Shown: piece after piece, positions 59,838-64,000 of the stretch
Layout of the letters: each line of letters begins with the position of its first letter
How positions within the stretch are numbered: the first letter of the stretch is position 1
Assembly (NCBI GenBank): GCA_963786105.1
Contig: CAWAXX010000014.1
Location: forward strand, 241,482-305,481
Length of the DNA: 64,000 bases
Source of the DNA: Vulcanimicrobiota bacterium
Lineage (GTDB): Bacteria; Vulcanimicrobiota; Vulcanimicrobiia; Vulcanimicrobiales; Vulcanimicrobiaceae
Direction of reading: 5' to 3'
Notes under the pieces: model-generated
Seen by the model: the letters and a program-made list of their open reading frames with translations, nothing else
Database searches by the model: none
Told to the model about the DNA's origin: nothing
Made by a program: the position numbers and the translations under genes

Positions 59838-61058
59838 ATGCGCCGTTCTTCCATACCCTCAGCGCTCTGTCTCGGCGTCCTTGTCGGCTGTTCGCAACAC
59901 GCGTCTTCCTCGCCGCTTCCCGCCCAACCGCAGAGCGGTGATTCGATGTACGCCTCACGTCGATCGGAAATCATGCTGCGGCAGCGGCCGGATCTTAGCT
60001 TCAAGGTGCTCTACAGTTTTGGGGCCATTCCAGACGGCGCCAGCCCATTCGGACCGCTGCTCTTATCGAACGCCACGCTCTACGGGACGACGCAGCACGG
60101 TGGTGCTAACAACAGTGGAAGCGTTTATAAGATAAGCACCTCCGGCAAGGAAAGCGTAGTTTACAGCTTTGCTGGTCCCCCGAGTGACGGCAGGTACCCG
60201 ATGGCGGGGCTGGCCGTCAAGAGCGGTGAGTTCTACGGCACGACTTCGAACGGTGGCACAAACGATTACGGGACGGTCTTTAAGGTAAGCGCGTCCGGCG
60301 TCGAACACGTCCTCTACAGTTTCAAAAGCAATCCGGATGGCGAAAATCCGCCAGGAGGGCTGGTCGCGCTGAATGGCGCGTTTTACGGCACCACTCAGTT
60401 CGGAGGCGCGACCAGCATCGGGACGGTCTTTAAAGTGAGTGCGTCCGGCGCGGAGAAAGTCGTCTACAGCTTCAATGTCAATCAAACACCCTTAGACGGC
60501 GTATATCCGGTAGGAGATCTCGTTCTCGTAAACGGCACGTTTTACGGAACAACCTTAAACGGCGGTTCGAGCAACCATGGAACGGTGTTCAAAGTAAGCC
60601 CGTCCGGCACGGAACACGTATTACACAGTTTCAAAGGGAAACCGGATGGCTCAACCCCCTATGCAGGTCTGATCGACGTAAACGGCACGCTCTACGGCAC
60701 GACGCAGTACGGCGGTTCAAGCGACAAAGGGACGGTTTTCAAAGTGAGCACATCGGGTGCCGAACACGTCATCTACAGTTTCAAGGGTTCGCCGGACGGC
60801 TCAACCCCGTACGCACGCTTGATCTCGCTAAACGGCACCCTCTACGGCTCGACGCAGTACGGTGGTGCGACCGGCAACGGAGCCATTTTCAAGGTCAGCA
60901 CGGCCGGCGCCGAACACGTCCTCTACAGTTTCGCGGGCCCCCCGGCAGACGGAAAGTACCCGGTCGCGGGCATGACCGTCGTGAGCGGCGCGCTCTACGG
61001 TACGACGGGCCAAGGGGGCACGAACGGTGACGGGATCGTCTTCAAGTTGACCCCGTAG
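59838..61058 (+). CDS. GloVer-type tandem-repeat (7 x ~50 aa) beta-propeller lipoprotein
   Basis: Lipobox LVGC; seven [E.VLYSF...DG..P...L....G.LYGTT..GG....GTVFKV..SG] repeats; GGAGGT RBS. Confidence 0.88.
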   Translation: MRRSSIPSALCLGVLVGCSQHASSSPLPAQPQSGDSMYASRRSEIMLRQRPDLSFKVLYSFGAIPDGASPFGPLLLSNATLYGTTQHGGANNSGSVYKISTSGKESVVYSFAGPPSDGRYPMAGLAVKSGEFYGTTSNGGTNDYGTVFKVSASGVEHVLYSFKSNPDGENPPGGLVALNGAFYGTTQFGGATSIGTVFKVSASGAEKVVYSFNVNQTPLDGVYPVGDLVLVNGTFYGTTLNGGSSNHGTVFKVSPSGTEHVLHSFKGKPDGSTPYAGLIDVNGTLYGTTQYGGSSDKGTVFKVSTSGAEHVIYSFKGSPDGSTPYARLISLNGTLYGSTQYGGATGNGAIFKVSTAGAEHVLYSFAGPPADGKYPVAGMTVVSGALYGTTGQGGTNGDGIVFKLTP

Positions 61059-61118
61059 CAGCAGCCACGCCTCGGGACACCGAGGGGTTTGCCGGCGCAT
61101 ATGACAAGAATCGGCGAT

Positions 61119-61550
61119 ATGGAACCACTCGACCTCACGCAGCAGCCGCCTCGCAGCCCGCGCGAGCTTTTACCCGGATTGAGCCTGCTCATGGCGGCGC
61201 GGACGGTCGACAAGCTGCGTGCGACGCTTCCTGGCGGCAACATCGGCGAATACCAAATTACCGGCTTCAGCTCGAGTCTGCTCAACGCGCTCGAAATTCC
61301 TGAAGCGCTATTGCGGGCGGCGATCGCGCACGCCGCCTCCGACGACGAGGTCGCCGACTGGATTCGCGAACACAGCGATCCTCTGAGCTACGACGAGATC
61401 AATGCAAAGATCGAGGGCCGAACGATAGGCGAGCGATTGAACGATCCCACGTTCGTCGCGCGCTATCCGTTGGCCAAACGCCTTCCACCCGAAACCTCGC
61501 GACTCGACATGCTGATTGCCGACGACGCCGAGGCGTTTGCGAATACCTAA
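61119..61550 (+). CDS. DUF5069-family protein
   Basis: MEPLDLTQQPPRSPRE...ARTVDKLRATLPGGNIGEY; alternative start ATG 61101. Confidence 0.75.
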   Translation: MEPLDLTQQPPRSPRELLPGLSLLMAARTVDKLRATLPGGNIGEYQITGFSSSLLNALEIPEALLRAAIAHAASDDEVADWIREHSDPLSYDEINAKIEGRTIGERLNDPTFVARYPLAKRLPPETSRLDMLIADDAEAFANT

Positions 61551-61747
61551 CCGCGGTCTGTGCTCGGTCACGTGGCTTCCTAAGCGCTGATTTGCGCCCC
61601 GAGCTTCGAAACAGTCTTTCCGGGTCAGGATCTTCACGTTGAACCCGCAAGACAAACCTGTTTAAAGAACCGCTTTCTCGCCGAAAAGAGAACGTAGGCG
61701 CCTTGCCGGCGAAGGTCAGAGACGTATCGCAACTGGAGGTTTTCAAG

Positions 61748-62962
61748 ATGCGCCGTTCTCCAATTCTCTTCGCACTCGGTCTCGGCGTCCTGGTAGGCTG
61801 TTCACAACACGGTACGTCATCGCCGCTTCCTGCCGCGCCGCAGAGCCTTGCAGTGGGTTCCTCACGTTGGCCGGACACCTCGTTCGATCGACGGCCGCGT
61901 GCGGGCGTCGGTTTCAAGTCGCTCTATAGCTTCGCAGGCGCCCCGGACGGCGCAAACCCGTTGGCGGTTCTGGTCGCCGTGAACGGCACGCTCTACAGCA
62001 CGACTTACGAGGGCGGCAAAAGCGGCTTAGGAACGGTGTTCAAGGTGAGCGCGTCCGGCACGGAACGCGTGCTCCACAGCTTCACCGGCGTCGCCCCGAA
62101 CGGCGCAAACCCGTCGGCGGGACTAGTCGCAGTAAACGGCGCGCTCTACGGCACGACGTCCTTAGGTGGTAAGAGCGGCGACGGAACCGTCTTCAAGGTG
62201 AGCACGTCCGGGAAACAACACGTCCTCTACAGCTTCGCAGGCGCGCCTGACGGCGCAAACCCGTATGCTGCCTTGGTCGCCGTGAACGGCACGCTTTACG
62301 GCACGACGTACGAGGGTGGTAAAAGCGGCAACGGAAGCGTCTTCACTGTGAGCACGTCCGGCACGGAACGCGTTCTCTACAGTTTCAAAGGCGCGCAGGA
62401 CGGCGCAAACCCGGCTGCGGGCCTGACCCTGGTGAACGGAACGCTCTACGGCACGACCTACCGCGGCGGTACTAGCGGCAACGGAACCGTCTTCAAAGTG
62501 AGCGTGTCCGGCACCGAACACGTCATCTACAGTTTTAAAGGCGCGCCGGACGGCGCAAACCCTTACGCGGGGTTGGCCGCCTTGAACGGTACGCTTTACG
62601 GCACGACGTACGAGGGTGGTAAAAGCGGCAACGGAAGCGTCTTCAAGGTGAGCACGTCCGGCACGGAACGCGCCCTTTACAGCTTCAAAGGCGCGTCGGA
62701 CGGCGCAAACCCGTATGCGGGCTTGATCGCCCTGAACGGAACGCTCTACGGCGCGACGTTCTACGGCGGTAATAGCGGCAACGGAACCATTTTCAAGGTG
62801 AGCACGACCGGCACGGAACGCGTCCTGTACAGGTTCACGGGCGTCGCCCCGGACGGCGCAAATCCGTATGCGTCCCTGGTGTCCGTGAACGGCACGCTTT
62901 ACGGGACGACGCACCAAGGTGGTAAAAGCGGAAACGGAATCGTCTTCAAGTTGACCCCGTAG
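61748..62962 (+). CDS. GloVer-type tandem-repeat (7 x ~50 aa) beta-propeller lipoprotein, highly symmetric
   Basis: Lipobox LVGC; seven near-identical repeats with ~150-bp period; GGAGGT RBS; ATG 61748. Confidence 0.88.
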   Translation: MRRSPILFALGLGVLVGCSQHGTSSPLPAAPQSLAVGSSRWPDTSFDRRPRAGVGFKSLYSFAGAPDGANPLAVLVAVNGTLYSTTYEGGKSGLGTVFKVSASGTERVLHSFTGVAPNGANPSAGLVAVNGALYGTTSLGGKSGDGTVFKVSTSGKQHVLYSFAGAPDGANPYAALVAVNGTLYGTTYEGGKSGNGSVFTVSTSGTERVLYSFKGAQDGANPAAGLTLVNGTLYGTTYRGGTSGNGTVFKVSVSGTEHVIYSFKGAPDGANPYAGLAALNGTLYGTTYEGGKSGNGSVFKVSTSGTERALYSFKGASDGANPYAGLIALNGTLYGATFYGGNSGNGTIFKVSTTGTERVLYRFTGVAPDGANPYASLVSVNGTLYGTTHQGGKSGNGIVFKLTP

Positions 62963-62983
62963 GGACAACCTTCTGCGCTCCAT

Positions 62984-63313
62984 TTACCATGGCCAATCCC
63001 AAATGAGGCCTTCCGCGGCCGCGCCGCTGCAACCGGATATGCCGTAGAGAACGAGCGCGCCTCTGCCGATCGCAAAAAGCAGCAGAGCGCCGGCGACGAT
63101 GTACAGCGTCATTCGGGCCGACGGGCGCGTCGTGTTGCGGTTTGCCGTTAAGAACGCCGCAAGAACGGCCGCGGCAAAGACCGCAAAAAGCGCCCAAAAC
63201 CTCATCAGGAAGACGGCTTTGTCGTGCGGACAGTATCGCGAGGACAGATCCTGCGCGACGGCCATTTGCAAGTGATCCATCGCGAGGAGAACGACCGTGT
63301 ATCCGGGCGTCAC
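62984..63313 (-). CDS. Hypothetical membrane protein (2 TM, Cys-bracketed)
   Basis: RYC..TM..TM..GC; same frame as the upstream ORF, separated by TAG-CTC. Confidence 0.5.
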   Translation of the reverse strand: MTPGYTVVLLAMDHLQMAVAQDLSSRYCPHDKAVFLMRFWALFAVFAAAVLAAFLTANRNTTRPSARMTLYIVAGALLLFAIGRGALVLYGISGCSGAAAEGLIWDWPW

Positions 63314-63316
63314 GAG

Positions 63317-63838
63317 CTAAAACAAGCGGCTCGACGAGCACCAAGAGAAAACAAAGAATGAACCGAAGCCGGCGGCGGCTGCGACGAGCAGCAATAGCCC
63401 CGCACTGACGTAGAGACCGGCACGAAGCCCCGCATTCCCGGCGTGTAACCGGCTCCAGGCGAGCAATCCGAGAGCGGCACTGCACGACAGCGCGATAACC
63501 GTCCATGCGCTGGCCCTCCCCAAGGCGCCTTGGCTCAGGCACGTGAACGTGGTAAGGCTTGCAGCGGAAATGTTCGGCGCACCGAGTCCCATCGAGTACG
63601 GCGCAGAAGCGTAACACCCGTAGAAGATAATTGACCCGAGCGCGCCGGTACCGACCGCAAGAAGCAGAAGAACGGCCGCCTCGAAACGCCTACCTTGCCT
63701 GCGCACGATGAATGCCGCGCCGGCGAGCGCCAAAAGCAGCCCCCACAGCAACGCGAATGCGTGCGCGTCTTGGCGTACGCAGTACCGGGCTCCTAGACCC
63801 CAGATTGCGTCCACCGGATGAGGATACCACGATATCAC
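63317..63838 (-). CDS. Hypothetical membrane protein (4 TM, two Cys-bracketed hairpins)
   Basis: Hydrophobic 173-aa ORF; start uncertain. Confidence 0.55.
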   Translation of the reverse strand: MISWYPHPVDAIWGLGARYCVRQDAHAFALLWGLLLALAGAAFIVRRQGRRFEAAVLLLLAVGTGALGSIIFYGCYASAPYSMGLGAPNISAASLTTFTCLSQGALGRASAWTVIALSCSAALGLLAWSRLHAGNAGLRAGLYVSAGLLLLVAAAAGFGSFFVFSWCSSSRLF

Positions 63839-63906
63839 TGCCGCTCGAAATGTGGGAGTGCGTTGCCCGCGTCTGGAACGCCGTTATCGGGGTTTTAGGC
63901 CCTCGT

Positions 63907-64000
63907 GGGAGCGTACGAATCTGGTGGTTCGCACGGTCTTCAAAATCGCTGAGGTCGCCGCAAGGTGACTGGTAGGTTCGATTCCTACACGCTCCCGCCA
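63907..64000 (+). tRNA. selC: tRNA-Sec (anticodon UCA)
   Basis: Acceptor GGGAGCGT/ACGCTCCC + G + CCA; 6-bp D-stem CGAATC-TGGT-GGTTCG; loop CTTCAAA with TCA at 63940-63942; long variable arm with GCAA loop; T-arm GTAGG-TTCGATT-CCTAC; selA and selB in the same window. Confidence 0.95.

Noticed and set aside
57660..62962. GloVer relic as the template repeat of a diversity-generating retroelement
   Set aside because: Differences between copies are not restricted to adenines, and there is no reverse transcriptase in the window
59990..62962. Periodic ~150-bp repeats as a CRISPR array
   Set aside because: They are in-frame coding repeats without unique spacers, and there are no cas genes
63907..64000. 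selC as the attachment site of an island covering the accessory 57.5-63.8 kb region
   Set aside because: No integrase and no duplicated tRNA 3' end were seen, and islands usually lie 3' of the tRNA, outside this window; the window ending exactly at CCA cannot be interpreted from here

Overview
High-GC bacterial chromosomal window with about 55 CDS, two pseudogene scars and one tRNA. The expanded phosphoesterase lipoproteins, GloVer-type repeat lipoproteins and VPS10/BNR glycosidase-like genes suggest Ca. Eremiobacterota (Vulcanimicrobiota/WPS-2); that assignment is inference only. Core genes recognised from motifs: leuS, gyrA, trxA, clpB, typA, tsaE-tsaB-rimI-yqeK-rsfS, comEA, comEC, and selenocysteine machinery (selA, selB, and tRNA-Sec/selC ending exactly at the window end). 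Two amine-catabolism operons are present. One is gabT-patA-aldehyde dehydrogenase plus a flavin amine oxidase, wedged between selA and selB. The other is a class-III aminotransferase-mmsA-APC permease-gntR operon with a perfect 12-bp operator-like palindrome. Features the ORF track does not explain: (1) a TipA-like MerR gene with a 19-bp-spacer promoter and an internal RBS+ATG that could make a second, drug-binding-only protein; (2) a probable ATT start codon for the putrescine aminotransferase; (3) a frameshifted PucR-family regulator relic running in frame into the amine oxidase; (4) a 176-bp, ~93% identical inverted repeat shared by convergent phosphoesterase paralogs; (5) an accessory cluster of 7-bladed repeat lipoproteins with a deletion scar joining a GloVer relic to an ATPase/TPR-like relic; (6) a 36-bp hairpin element flanked by 12-bp direct repeats; (7) an ECF42 sigma/DGPF module with its cognate promoter. 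I saw no CRISPR array, rRNA, transposase, integrase or selenoprotein. All family calls come from motif recognition by eye; no database search was run.
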